Positions 11,513 to 23,514 of a stretch of DNA of 64,000 nt are shown here, one piece after another. The DNA comes from Hydrolagus colliei (Eukaryota). Location: NCBI GenBank assembly GCA_035084275.1, contig CM068746.1, positions 24,552,001 to 24,616,000 on the forward strand. Direction: 5' to 3'. The notes beneath the pieces are model-generated. The model was not told the origin of the DNA. It did not search any database and was given only the letters and a program-made list of their open reading frames with translations. The translations under genes and the position numbers were made by a program. Within the stretch, counting starts at the first letter, position 1. Each line of letters begins with the position of its first letter.

Positions 11513-12090
11513 ATCTTTTCTTCCAAAGGAGGAATCTTTCATTCTTGTTTTGATGTAATGCACTGGAATTTCAGTCTGTACGCAAGCAAAAAATCTGTAC
11601 TTTAAGCTTCAAACTTATCTTTTCATTTTTACTTTTATGGAAATTACAAGTTTGTTTATTTTGTTTAATGTTGCTTTCTTAGTGTTTAATTGAGAAAGTC
11701 CTTGTAGTTAAAGTGAACAATGAGTGTAAATTACACACAGAGCGTTTCAGTTGTGATGCCATGTAAAATTCAGCAGTATTTTAGAAATGAAAGGAAATTT
11801 TAGATGTAGCTGGTGATCTAGGTATCCACAAAAGATGGTGTGCTGACTGAACTTGGATTATAACTGTTGAGCTTTACTCTAGGATTTTCTTCCTGCAACA
11901 GAGTTCATGCCATTTACCTTGTTAAAATGTGATTTTGTAAGAAAAAAAAGAAAAAAACCTTGTTCATCTCTGCCTGCTGTTTTTGTTTCAGCTTGCTAAA
12001 CAAATAGTTAAAGAACTCTGCTTTGTGAGATTTATTATTAAAATGGTTTGGCAAAGGCCTTGTATCATACCTTGGTATTTCCAGTTTACA

Positions 12091-12350
12091 ATCATAGAAA
12101 TGTTACAGCACAGAAGGAGGCCATTTGGCCCATTGAGTGTGCACCAGGTCTCAAAGCAAGCTGCACTACAATCCCACTGCCCCGTCCTATCCGCATGTCC
12201 CTTAAGGAGATATTCAAGACTGAAATTGACAGATTTCTTATGGATAAAGGGATATGGGGATAAAGCGGGCAGGTGGAGTTAGATTAGAAGATCAGCCATG
12301 ATTTTATTGAATGGCCGAATGGCCTACTCCTCCTTATTCTGTTCTTATGT
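12091..12350. mobile_element. Two CR1-type 3' ends in opposite orientation inside the putative CAND1 3' UTR
   Basis: 12091-~12200 is a minus-strand tail (atcatagaa...gaaggaggccatttggccc); ~12207-12350 is a plus-strand tail (EIFKTEIDRFL remnant, ggccgaatggcctactcct...cttatgtt). Confidence 0.7.
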
Positions 12351-12373
12351 TGAGATGGTGAGTATACCATTCC

Positions 12374-12379
12374 AATAAA
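12374..12379 (+). terminator. Candidate CAND1 polyadenylation signal AATAAA
   Basis: Canonical AATAAA ~860 nt after the stop, with GT-rich sequence downstream; an ATTAAA at 12037-12042 is an alternative. Confidence 0.5.
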
Positions 12380-12589
12380 TATTTCTGGAATTTCAATATG
12401 TAGGTGGGATGCATGGAACTGTTTGGTTTGGATCCTCCAGCATGGTGATATTTCTACATGAGTGAGATCCAGCTGACCCCCACAAAAAAATTAATCTGAG
12501 GATGATTGAATCTGACAAACTCAAAATGGCATTACTGGTGGGGATAGGATAATGAGTCCAGGCTAGATACTATGGTTCGCCACCACCAA

Positions 12590-14461
12590 TCAGCTCCTCC
12601 GCCCCCCCCCCCCCGCCTCACTTCGCAGATCCTCTCCTCAAACGATTGTTGTGAGGAGATGCTGGAGTTCCTTGAGTCCAAAATTGAGAGAATCCACTCT
12701 GCGGTTTCCTCCCCCCACCACTCCTCCACCTCCGCGCCCTCATCAGTTACCTCAACCCCTACTCACCACCTATTTCACACTTTCAACCCCACCACCCCGT
12801 TTTCAGTCACAAAAATAATTACCTCCGTGAAACCCACCACGTGCTCATTGGACCCCATCCCCACCCCCCTCCTCTGCACCCAGCTCCATTTGTTAGCCCC
12901 GCTCATTTCTGACACCATTAACCTTTCCCTCTCCTCAGGCACCGTCCCTACCTCCCTTAAAACAGCCACCATCACCCCTATCCTGAAGAAACCCTCCCTT
13001 GATGCGTCGCAACCATCAAGTTATCGACCCATCTCCAACCTCCCGTTTTTATCCAAGGTCCTTGAAAGAGTGGTTGCCTCCCAGCTCCGCTCTTTCCTTT
13101 CAACTCACTCACTTTTTGAACCCCTCCAATCAGGTTTCCGCCCAATTCATAGCACAGAAACTGCCCTGGTTAAGGTTACAAATGACATCCTAACCGCCTG
13201 TGACCAGGGCTCCCTCTGTCTCCTCGTCCTCCTTGACCTGTCTGCTGCGTTCGACACAGTCAATCACACTCCTTCAACGTCTTTCCTCCCACCTCAACCT
13301 TCAAGGCACAGTCCTTGACTGGTTCCATTCCTATCTGACCCACCGTTTACATTTTGTTTCTTCCAACGGTTTTTCTTCAAACCCCCACACAGTTTCTCAC
13401 GGCGTCCCTCAGGGCTCTGTTTTAGGCCCCCTCCTTTTCACCCTTTACACGCTCCCTCTGGGCGATGTCATCCACAAACATGGGGTAAATTTCCACATGT
13501 ATGCGGACGATACCCAGCTGTACCTTTCTGCCTCATCCCTCAACCCCCAGACCATCGATGTTCTGACAACGAGTCCTGGACGAGGGACAACTTTTTGCAA
13601 TTGAACGTGAGTAAGACCGAGGCCCTCCTGATTGGCTCAAGACAGCGCCTCCGCACATCGGGCGCTGCCAGCCTCAACATCCAAGGCTGCACTCTCCACC
13701 TCACAAAGCCAATCAGGAACCTCGGCATCATGTTCGATCAAAAACTTTCCTTCCTCCCCCACATCCGTGCCTTGACCGGCACTGCTTATTTCCACCTGCG
13801 CAACATTGCCAGGCTCCGCAACTATCTTACCCCCCGCGCTGCCGAAACCCTCGTGCATGCATACATCACCTCACGGCTGTACTACGGAAACTCTCTCCTC
13901 GTCGGCCTCCCCAGTTCCTCCATTCACAGGCTGCAGGCCATCCAAAACTCTGCAGCCCGTGTACTATCCCGCACCCGCCTCCGTGACCACATAACCCCCA
14001 CCCTCGCTCATCTCCATTGGCTCCCCATCCTCCAGAGGATCGAGTTCAAGATCCTCGTCCTCACCTGCAAAGCCTTACACGCCTTGCCCCGCCCTATTTA
14101 ACCGATTTACTTTCCCCCTATAAGCCCTCCGTTCAACAGGACTTGGCCTGCTCCAAGCCCCCCGCCCGAACCGCCCCACCATCGGAGGCCGGGCCTTCAG
14201 TTTCTCCGCTCCCACCCTATGGAATGCCATCCCTCAATCCCTCCGTTTCGTTTCTTCCCTTTCCTCTTTCAAGGCCGATTTGAAGACTTTCCTCTTCGAC
14301 CGTGCCTTTTGTTCCACCCCGAACTCTTTTACCTCCCCTTCGTGTTTCACCCCTTCCCAAACACTCCCCTCTCAGCTCGGGTCATACACCTCCTGTGCAG
14401 CGCCTTGGGACGTCCTCCCGACGTGAAAGGCGCTCTATAAATGTAATTTGTTGTTGTTGTT
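12590..14461 (+). mobile_element. 5'-truncated L2-clade LINE with frameshifted reverse transcriptase
   Basis: ORFs 12572..13318, 13200..13604 and 13595..14101 carry [47 protein letters not shown] and HITPTLAHLHWLP; tail gtgaaaggcgctctataaatgtaatt(tgt)n. Confidence 0.95.
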
Positions 14462-15235
14462 TATGGAATCCAGCTTGTGTGTGCTGCTTAGTCAGGAAAC
14501 GGGATGACAACTGATCCAAATTTGCAATACAATTTACTGTACTTCCAAAATAATGTATTTCATGTTGAGAGGAGGTCTCAAAAAGCACTTAAATATGCTT
14601 GTATATTTTTTTTAGGGTGGGAGGTAATTGGGGAAGAAATTATTTATACAAATAGATGGAGGTCCAGAATTGACGCATTCAGAAATTCCTTTTTTTAATG
14701 GGGTCACTACCCAAATAATATTCTCAATTTAAAAAAATTATGGTTGGAGGATGAGTGACAACTATATGTGAATTAGTTAGTAGATAAATGTTTGGATCTG
14801 TCAAATGAGCAGCCTGTTCCACCTTTCTATTAGATCATGGCTTACTCTATCTCAACTCCAATTACCTGCCTTTTCCCCATATCCATTAATACTTAAGGAT
14901 TACAGGGTGAGTGCTGGGTGGGTGAGTGGTTGGAAGTGGTGTTTGATCAATTTGTGAGTGTTTGTTGGGAGGATGAGTGAGTGCCGAATGGATAGATTTC
15001 AAGCACCTCACACTCGTTTTCAAATCCCTTCATGCACTGACACCTCCCTACCTCTCTGACCTGCTTACTCAGCAAACCATTACCCTCTATCTCTGCTCGA
15101 CTGGGTCCATCCTCCCACTCTTCCCCTGGCTTCGGTATCGTACGCCGTTACTGTCAAGAACTCTGGGATTCTACCCTGTTGGAGGAGTTCCATTATAAGG
15201 GTAAGTTGTTGCGAGAGTGAATGTTTGGAGGGTGA

Positions 15236-15367
15236 GTGTATTGGCTGCCACGTTTCGCCCACATATACAGTCAGTTCACTTTACGGTACAATCTGGGAAG
15301 CGCTTTGAGACATCCAGAAGATGTGATAAGGCGCTCCATCAAATGCAAGGATTATAATTATTATTAT
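15236..15367 (+). mobile_element. SINE 3' half
   Basis: ttggctgccacgtttcgcccac...aagcgctttgagac...caaatgcaaggatta(tta)n. Confidence 0.8.
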
Positions 15368-15764
15368 GGTGGTTGTGGAGCTGCAGTGTCTCGGTGGGAG
15401 GTCCTCTCTGCCACCCTCCTCTCAGTGGGGGGTCTGACCTCCCGGGGACAGAGTATACAGTCAGGCTGACCTCTTGCCACATCCACCCAGGAAACAGAAG
15501 GTGAGTAGAAGACCCGCCGCCGACATTGACTCGGGAGACGAGGTGCAATCAAGTGACTGACTCCACTCACTGAGTCGATGAAGGGAGTGGAAAGAAAGGG
15601 CATTTTTAACGCATCGGGACTGTTTGGTGGGTGAGTCGCCGAATGAAAATTCCTCACCGAGGGCAGAGTAATGAGTGACAGGGAATCGCAGAGCTTCAGG
15701 CTGCACTGGCTGGGTTGAAACTCAGGCTCCCAGAAGGTGTTTTGTGGGCAGTGAATGCAAAGAA

Positions 15765-15795
<31 letters not shown>

Positions 15796-16379
15796 ATGCT
15801 GGGTTGGGGGTGTACAGTATCTACAGCTCATCGCTCCAGCGATATCTGTGCGGTCTTGGAAAGGGGGTCATATTTATTGGGCAAAGGTCTCCACTCCCTC
15901 CCTCCCTCCCTCCCCAGGAAGACTGAGTGGATAGACTCACCAGAGTTAGAGTGAGACATTGTCAATGGTGTTGCTTTCAGCTTCAGAATTCCCCCACGCC
16001 CTCAACACACACACAACACACACACACACAACAGCAAGCAAAGATAAAACTTCACTACCACACTTAGCACTGAACGCAAATAAATGTGCATGTGACAAAG
16101 TATAGCTATTGCCTCGTTTGTGTGTGTGTGTGTGTGGGTGTGAAAGCACCTTAGATACTATGCTCTGAGTGCTTTATTGATGATCTGTTCTGAGTTGTTT
16201 GGTTGTGCAGATAGACCTCCGCTGAGAATCCATGGGAACTGGGAGGTTTGGAGTTACTGGCGATCATTGACAGACAAGGGAGCCCTTTCAGTGTCGCCAG
16301 TCCAGGGCACTGCTTCCCATGGCTGTGTAACAGTCTTGTTTTCATGTCACACAGTGATGTGTGAGCAGAGATTCAGAGA

Positions 16380-16515
16380 GAGAGAGAGATAGAGAGCTCT
16401 GGAGAATAGTCTTCAAACAATCAGCCATCTGATTCGACTACTCTCCTGATCAGGAATACTATATTTGCTCTCTAGGGTTTGTGTTTTTCTGTCCTACGAA
16501 TGAAGACATTTGGAG
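16380..16515 (+). other. Probable 5' non-coding exon of the unrecognised gene (5' boundary unknown)
   Basis: Donor tggag|gtacg at 16515/16516, following a (CA)n/(TG)n/(AG)n-rich region; splicing to 17937 is inferred, not observed. Confidence 0.4.
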
Positions 16516-16971
16516 GTACGTTAACATTACTGAGAAATAGTACTATACAGTATATGGCTTGTATTTTGTACCCAAATCCCCCCCCCCCATATTAAAGGAT
16601 CAATACCTTACAGTTAAGTAATTGTGAAGTGATCATTTGCATCAATTCATTTGTTACACTAGCACCGACTTTGAATTACAATGTGAAATAGCATCTGAAG
16701 TTTGTCATCAGAGATCCTGTATTAGATGTACACATCAAATGTTAGATGCAAACCTGCTGACTATAATAACTCTGACATTCTGTATTACTCAGTAAACGCC
16801 TTGTGGACCTTATTTTCCATGATTGTTTTGCTACTTTAATGAATCGTTGCAAGGTGTTGTGCATTGCTCTTGTTTTTCTTCGACTTGTTTTCTTTGTGTC
16901 TTATCCTCACTAAATAGTGCTTGGGAACAATTTATAAATGCTAACACAATTTAATTTGCAGGATATGTGGT

Positions 16972-17298
16972 GTCCTGTAGTTTAATGGTTATTGCTCTCC
17001 TCTTGCAAGCGCCAAACCTGGGTAGATTCCAGGCAGGGCAAAACCCTGGGCAAGTTTCTTTACTCGAAATGTTAATTTGCCTGTTAATAATCCCTCAGCA
17101 AAAAATTGGTAATTTCTATACACGACTGTTTGTGGCACACTGCTGTGCGTGATTGGCTGCCACGTTTCGTCCACAAATATACAGTCAATTCACTTTACAG
17201 TATATTCTGTGAAGTGCTGTCACACATCTACAAGATGTAATCATAATAATAAAATAATAATAAACGTGAAAAGCACTATATCAAATGCACGGATTATT
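16972..17298 (+). mobile_element. tRNA-derived SINE (diverged)
   Basis: Degenerate tRNA head, cctgggcaagtttctttactc, body and tail as in the other copies. Confidence 0.8.
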
Positions 17299-17961
17299 AA
17301 CATTAGTCAGGAAGGATAAATAATTGATCTTTTTTATTCATTTACACTGTCAATTAATATGAGTTGTTGTAGTGTGATTCTCTGTCAGGGTGAACACTCA
17401 GAATATAAATAAAATTTTGCGAAGTATTATCTACCCTGAATATCTTCCAAATGCTACTTCCTTTATGTTTCATAATAACACTTTGGATTTGTTTTCAGTA
17501 TATAGTCTGAGCTAACCCTCCAATATAGTGTGGGAGATTGTGCTATTGGATCTACTGTAGTTCGATGAGACATTAAACTGAACTGTTTGGGTGAAATTTA
17601 AGATCTCATGTTAATATTTACATTTCAAACGGTATAAAAGTGTACATTTTGCCTTTTTTTTGTTTTGGATTAAGAACATGCCATACAAAAAGAAAGTAAT
17701 TGGACTTATCATGCCTGCTCTTCTCCACAGACCAAGCAACACCTATTCTATAATGAATTGCCACACAAATATATATATATAACCAGTAAAATTGTTCTGA
17801 ATAGATATTCCCCCAACCCTACAGAAATAATCCAGCTAAAGTATACTGCACTGTTTTGTCACTCAACACTGACATTTTACCCTGTTTGTATATTGCAATG
17901 GTGATTTTTGATGCTCTCTTTCTTTGATTGCTTCAGGAAAAGATTGAAAAAGCGTTGGAAC

Positions 17962-18027
17962 ATGGGGACTCTGCACAAGACCAAATTAATAAATGGAATT
18001 AAACAAAGAGTTCCGAGAGAGCTGTCT
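17962..18027 (+). CDS. Unrecognised 678-aa protein, coding exon 1 (exon begins at 17937)
   Basis: Pyrimidine tract plus ttcag| at 17936; strong Kozak aacATGg; MGTLHKTKLINGIKQRVPRELS; |gtaagt donor, phase 0. Confidence 0.68.
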
Positions 18028-18675
18028 GTAAGTGTCAGTGTACAGTATAAATATGGAAACAAAGAAAAAGACATTTGGATCTTCCTATTGAATAGATAAG
18101 AATAAGGAATGATTCCTATGATTAACCTACAAAGAATTTAGTTGTGTTTGTTAATGGTTCAGAGTAAGTGTCCTTTTTTGAATGATCTAAATATGATAAG
18201 TATCACTTGCAATGTAATATGTTCTTAATAGAAATTCAATGATTAACAGAATGAAGAGCAGTCGGTTGACTGTTAGTGTCAGGCTTCACATTAACAGTAA
18301 AATTATGGTCCTGTAAGTGATTGTGGAAAACATCTTAAACACCACTTTGGAGGGGGTAATAATGTAGCTCTCTCATTTATATTTATACACACCTTATATT
18401 ATACCAATACCTTTATATTTGAATAGATTCAATCAAATAGATAGTTGTACACTCAATAAGCCAGTCAGGAATTTAGGTGCCTTGTTCGACCAACCCTCAA
18501 CTGACCTTCCTCCCTCACGTTCGTGCCATGATACGCGCGCTGCCTTCCCACACATTCACAACATTGATGTGAAAGGCACTTTACAAATGTAATATTGTAT
18601 TGAATGCTTTGCTAATTTATACTTAGAATGAATGGTGAGAATAACTTCAAATTGCAAAATGTTTTATACTTACAG

Positions 18676-18727
18676 AATCGTGTTACAATGCATGAAAAAT
18701 CACAGCACATACTGAGAACAATAACAA
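18676..18727 (+). CDS. Unrecognised protein, coding exon 2
   Basis: ttttatacttacag| NRVTMHEKSQHILRTIT |gtaag; 52 nt; phase 0 to 1. Confidence 0.68.
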
Positions 18728-19442
18728 GTAAGATAAACATTTATGGAAATATTATCTGAAAAATAAAACAACAACTTGTACTAGTGTAGTATCCTTCAAA
18801 CAGAATAAGGTTTGGGATGGTTGGATGGTGAAACATATTTAGGATGAGTTACAGAATTGGTTTATGTACAGAACATGTAGTTTTGAATTGTTTTGCAGCC
18901 AGCGGTTACACCCATATACAATACGTACAAGCCAGAGTAACTATAGAATCCAGGTCAATGTGGTTGAAGGAAGCACAGACACAGAGGAAGAGTGGGGAGT
19001 CAATGTGAAGGGTTTGAAGGTGACAATGAGGATCTTGAATTTGATCCCCTGGGGACTGAGGAGCTAAGATGGGGTTGATACAGTTGCTGAACCTGATCAG
19101 GAGAGGACACAAGTAGTAGAGTTTGGGATAGTTGACTAGATGGTTGAACGTAGGTAGACAGATACTTAGGAAATAATGCATTATTAAAAAAAATGGTGAA
19201 ACAGAAAGGAAATGCTGTTAATATTTTCATATTATAACTGGAAAACCATACTAGATATTCATAAAATGTCAGATCCGATTTGAAGGATCGAATAGCGTAC
19301 TCCAGTGTCCTATAATGCTGAGCATATTTTCCAAAACAAATAATAAACTCAGATATCGCATTGAATAATATTAATAATAATCCTTGCATTCGATGTACCG
19401 TTTTATCATGTCTTTGAGATTAAAGCAAATTATATCATTTAG

Positions 19443-19695
19443 ATGGCTGCTTGGCCACAACAGAACACCAACTTGGCAGTGTTTCAGAAGCAAGGTCAAA
19501 TGTACAGACTTCAGTTGCACAACTTCCAAAACTCAAGTGTGCAGTCATTGAAGGAGATGGTGCACATGAAAGCAAAATGCCGTTGTCCAGCATTGTCGAG
19601 TTTATTATGGAAAGAAAGACAACCCTTAAATGGAACGGAGTTCAATGGCAGAGGACCAGTTACTCTATACCCAGAAGTCTCCCTTTGATTATAAG
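19443..19695 (+). CDS. Unrecognised protein, coding exon 3
   Basis: catttag| ... |gtaaag; 253 nt; phase 1 to 2; GCLATTEHQLGSVSEAR...LKWNGVQWQRTSYSIPRSLPLII (frame of ORF 19451..19699). Confidence 0.75.
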
Positions 19696-20875
19696 GTAAA
19701 GAAAATTCCACTGTTTACCTACTATGAAACTCACAGGCCATTGATATAGTTAGTGCAACATCAAAAGATACTCACTGGAAGATTTGTCAAAAGCACGTTA
19801 GGAAAGGCTCCAATGGTACGCGCTCTGAGACGCCTTCCAGCGTGGAGTACATTATATAAATCAAAGTTGTTGTTGTTGTAGTACAATAGATGGAGATGCA
19901 ACTCACGGACCGGAGGCTCACTGATTCCTATTCCAAGCCACTGGTGGGGGGTTGGGTCTGAAGTACAACCAACAGAGAGATACAACCACAGAAAAGAGCC
20001 CTGGGACCAGGAGCAAAGAGGCTTGTGCCAGTGGGGAGAAAATTAGAAAAAAATTGGATAAAAATTTATTAAATTAAAAAATGATCAATGATCATTTTTT
20101 TTGATCATTGATCAAAAAATGTGATCAATGATTAGCAACATTTGCATCATAATGCTTGCTTTTGTTTTTGAATGAAACTAGGTTTATAGTACTTCTAAAC
20201 TAAACAGTTTAGTTTTGAAGTAAACATTTATGTTTTTACCTGTTTGTTACAGTGGTTAAGTGCTGTAATTTCTTGACAAAATGCAGCTTCCCCATCATCA
20301 AATGTTTCAAAAATCCAATTTAGAGTTCCTATAAAATGTCACACCTTTCTCTGAAATACCAATTGATTCAAAAAGATACTTGTTATGTAAAAGAACAGTA
20401 CATGGATTTTGTGTTATGTAGAATATTATCAAAAAATTTAAAAGAGGGAATAATTAAAAATTTTACACAGGACCCTAATGTCGGATAACATTTCTGTTTG
20501 CTCTGAAGATATTTTGTCAACAGCTGCACAGTGTACAAAAACAGACCTCTGGATCTTCTGTTACTCAGTTAATTTCAGGGGCTACAAGAAGAGAAATAAT
20601 ATGGGAGTTGTTTAAAAGAGTATGGGAAAACAAACAGGAATTGTGTCTCCAACCCACACAGACAGATTTGTACTTTCCAGTTTAGTCCATTTCTTGACAA
20701 GTCTGCATGTTGCAGTGTAATGCAAAAATAAATGTTACAAATAGATTTTACATGTAAATTTGAGCAACTATTAATGTTTATGAAGACAATGTACAACAAA
20801 ATACAAAATTGCATTCATAGAGCTCAGAGTCAAAAAGCAGTATTTTTTAAAATGTTTATTTATTAATCCATTCAG

Positions 20876-21029
20876 CAGGAAACCTCTGCAAAATTCAACA
20901 GAAGATTCAACCCTTAAAAATCCCCAAAGCAATGACTGGGATGATGATGGAGAGGCTTTATCCACATCCCCATGTCCCGTGTCAGTTTCAGAGCAGATCA
21001 CTGAGTCAACCTCACCTAAACACTGCAAG
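20876..21029 (+). CDS. Unrecognised protein, coding exon 4
   Basis: ttcag|cag| tandem acceptor ... aag|gtacag; 154 nt; phase 2 to 0; RKPLQNSTEDSTLKNPQSNDWDDDGEALSTSPCPVSVSEQITESTSPKHCK. Confidence 0.75.
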
Positions 21030-21091
21030 GTACAGTCATTTTTCAAAAGAACAAATTGAGGGTTTTTCATGTTTCTCAATTGAGAGTCCTC

Positions 21092-21400
21092 GGGAGTCCT
21101 GTAGCTCAGTGGTTCGAGCACTCGCCTTGCAAGCAAGAGACTTGGGTCTGATTCCCGGAGAGCGAAACCTTGGGCAACTTTCCTTACTCTACATGCTTGA
21201 TAATAATCCCTCAAGAAGAAAACACAATAATAAATTGGTCACTTGTGGGACACTGCTATGCGCAATTGGCTGCCGTGTTTCGCCCTCAAATATACAGTCA
21301 ATTCACTTTATAGTATATTCTGTGAAGCACTTTGAGATGTCTAGATGATGTGAAAATTGCTATATCAAATGCAAAGATTATTATTATTATTATTATTATT
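21092..21400 (+). mobile_element. tRNA-derived SINE, full length, in an intron of the unrecognised gene
   Basis: gggagtcctgtagctcagtggttcgagcactcgccttgcaagc head, ccttgggcaactttccttactc, (att)n tail. Confidence 0.88.
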
Positions 21401-21786
21401 GGATTGTGTGGCTTGGACATGGTGATTCTAATTCAAAACACATTTTTTTTAGTTATTTCTTAAATGAAAGTTACACTTGATGGAATTGTGCAAAACACAA
21501 ACACAGCAGTCAGTGTCAAAGATAGTTGTTAAAAAAATTAAATACTGGAAAGAAGATGAACACTCCAAGTTTGATTAAGCGCTCCGAGATGCCATCTGGG
21601 GTGAAGGGCACGATATAAATGTAAGTTGTTGTTCCAAAGCAGTGACATATCTTAGTGCTGAGTTAGATGGTAGATGAACCATTCTTGTGGTGTATAATTG
21701 ACATAATCACAAACCCAGCTACATGTTACAGCCTTAGAATACATTTCAGACTGTGTGCTGTTGATGATAGTTTCTTGTAAATTTAG

Positions 21787-21986
21787 GTAGGAACGAAGTT
21801 GCTGAGCAGGTCTCAAGCAAAGCGTGGAAAACATTATGGTGATGAAGATGTCAAAATTGTGAAGAGTGTGCAAAGCTCAGCAGGATTTGTTGCGAGCGTG
21901 AAATGGTCAAAAGGATGTAAGAGAAAACTTGCTATCGGCCAGCGGCTTCCTCCAATAGCCATTTTTTCAGAAGCAGAAAATAGCAG
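21787..21986 (+). CDS. Unrecognised protein, coding exon 5
   Basis: atttag| ... cag|gtgat; 200 nt; phase 0 to 2; VGTKLLSRSQAKRGKHYGDEDV...GQRLPPIAIFSEAENS (ORF 21799..21990). Confidence 0.75.
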
Positions 21987-22828
21987 GTGATTGGATTCCA
22001 TTGTAAAATATTGTTTCACTGTTGCTAAATAATGGTAATCCCACTAACGGAATTAAACACAGCTATTTATATTCAAGCAAGGTGATCTGGGGAAAACACA
22101 CAACATTTTAGCAAGACTATGGGTTTAAAGGGATCCATAAATTGTGTTCCATCTCCAGGTAGGAGGTTTGCTAGTTTGTTTGTCTTTTGAAGGGTGTCTC
22201 ACAATAGAGTGGAATGTGGCTCCATAAAACTGGACAGAAATTACTGAACCATAATTTCAGAACAGTGGAAAATCTGAGCATTTCATTCTTTGGCTTTTAA
22301 CCTGCCAAGATTTTTCTTGGAACCAAAACATATCATTTTGCACTGAATTAATGAATGGAAATAAAATGAAATCTCCCTATGTACTTAGAGGTACACATGG
22401 CCATGCCTTATTTTCTCCCACTCGTCCCTTTATTTTCCCCCCTGAAAGTGGTGACGTATGCAGGGGTACAATTTACCAGGTACTGGGTGCCTTTGCCCAA
22501 GCTAATCTTCTTATGTGCAGTTAGACAATGAGCCTGGGTGATCCCAGCAGCCACCGAAGTCTGCACATTATACACAATACATCCCAGCATTTAAACATGG
22601 TTTAAACAGCTTACATAACAAATATCAAGATTTGCATTTGCTTTGCGTAACTCACATATTAGATTTCCAAAGCATACACTTGGTTTACAAAACTCACATA
22701 ATAGACTCCCAATGGCGCCTCAATTCCTTACCCTAGCATTATTTGAAGACTTATGATGGATCACAAAATCATTTGCATGAACATTTAGAAATCTCTAATA
22801 TATTGTTTTTTTGGTGCAAAATCTGCAG

Positions 22829-22948
22829 ATCAGGTCTAAATGTCAGTGGTTCCAGCTGCCGCAAATTCCCCATTGTCCCTTTGGAACGGAAATCAAAACC
22901 CATCTCGAGCAAAAGATTTGAGCAACCAATTCCAGGCAATGGCTGCAG
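22829..22948 (+). CDS. Unrecognised protein, coding exon 6
   Basis: ctgcag| ... cag|gtata; 120 nt; phase 2 to 2; SGLNVSGSSCRKFPIVPLERKSKPISSKRFEQPIPGNGC. Confidence 0.72.
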
Positions 22949-23514
22949 GTATATGTCCACGCATTCTCATTTTGATTTAGTGATCATATGTACCACTGTG
23001 ATAATGATTCATTGTCCTTTAGTGTAAATAGTCATTCATTCATAGAAATATAATATAGTTTAACTTGTCGTGGCCTAACACACCACCTCTACAAACAAAT
23101 TGAAACTTAAATAATTAAGACAAGATATCAGGTTTAGATCATGAGTGAAGCAGTTTATGATCCACAAAAGCTTCTCGCTCCTTTGGTCCCAACTGATACA
23201 CGCAGCCTTTCTCAACATCAACACTTAGCCCTATTTTACCCAGATTATCCAGTGCTTAGTTAACCTTTCCTCTCTCACCCAACATGCTGCCGTTCTCTTC
23301 ATTCTGAAGATTAGTGCAGTTAAGCCTGTTGATGTCTTGGATGATAACCAAAGAGGCCAGGGACATACAGCAAATCTGAGATAGCCAAATGGAGGGATCA
23401 AGTGGAGAAGTTGGGTAAGAGAAGTTCAGTGGGGAAGAAGTGGTAGGAGAAGATCCTTCATTGTAAATAACGAATTGTATTTTCATTTTGATCATGTTTT
23501 AAAACATTTTTAAG

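Noticed and set aside
12572-14101. Functional reverse transcriptase gene or novel retroelement system
   Set aside because: 5'-truncated, no endonuclease domain and at least two frameshifts; an ordinary dead L2 copy
15361-15500. Upstream coding exon for the unrecognised gene
   Set aside because: No ATG-initiated frame that is phase-compatible with the candidate acceptors at 16453 or 16475
21092-21165. tRNA gene (Ala-like, loop cttgcaa); similar heads at 9748 and 34230
   Set aside because: These are SINE heads: no proper acceptor stem, and they run directly into the SINE body
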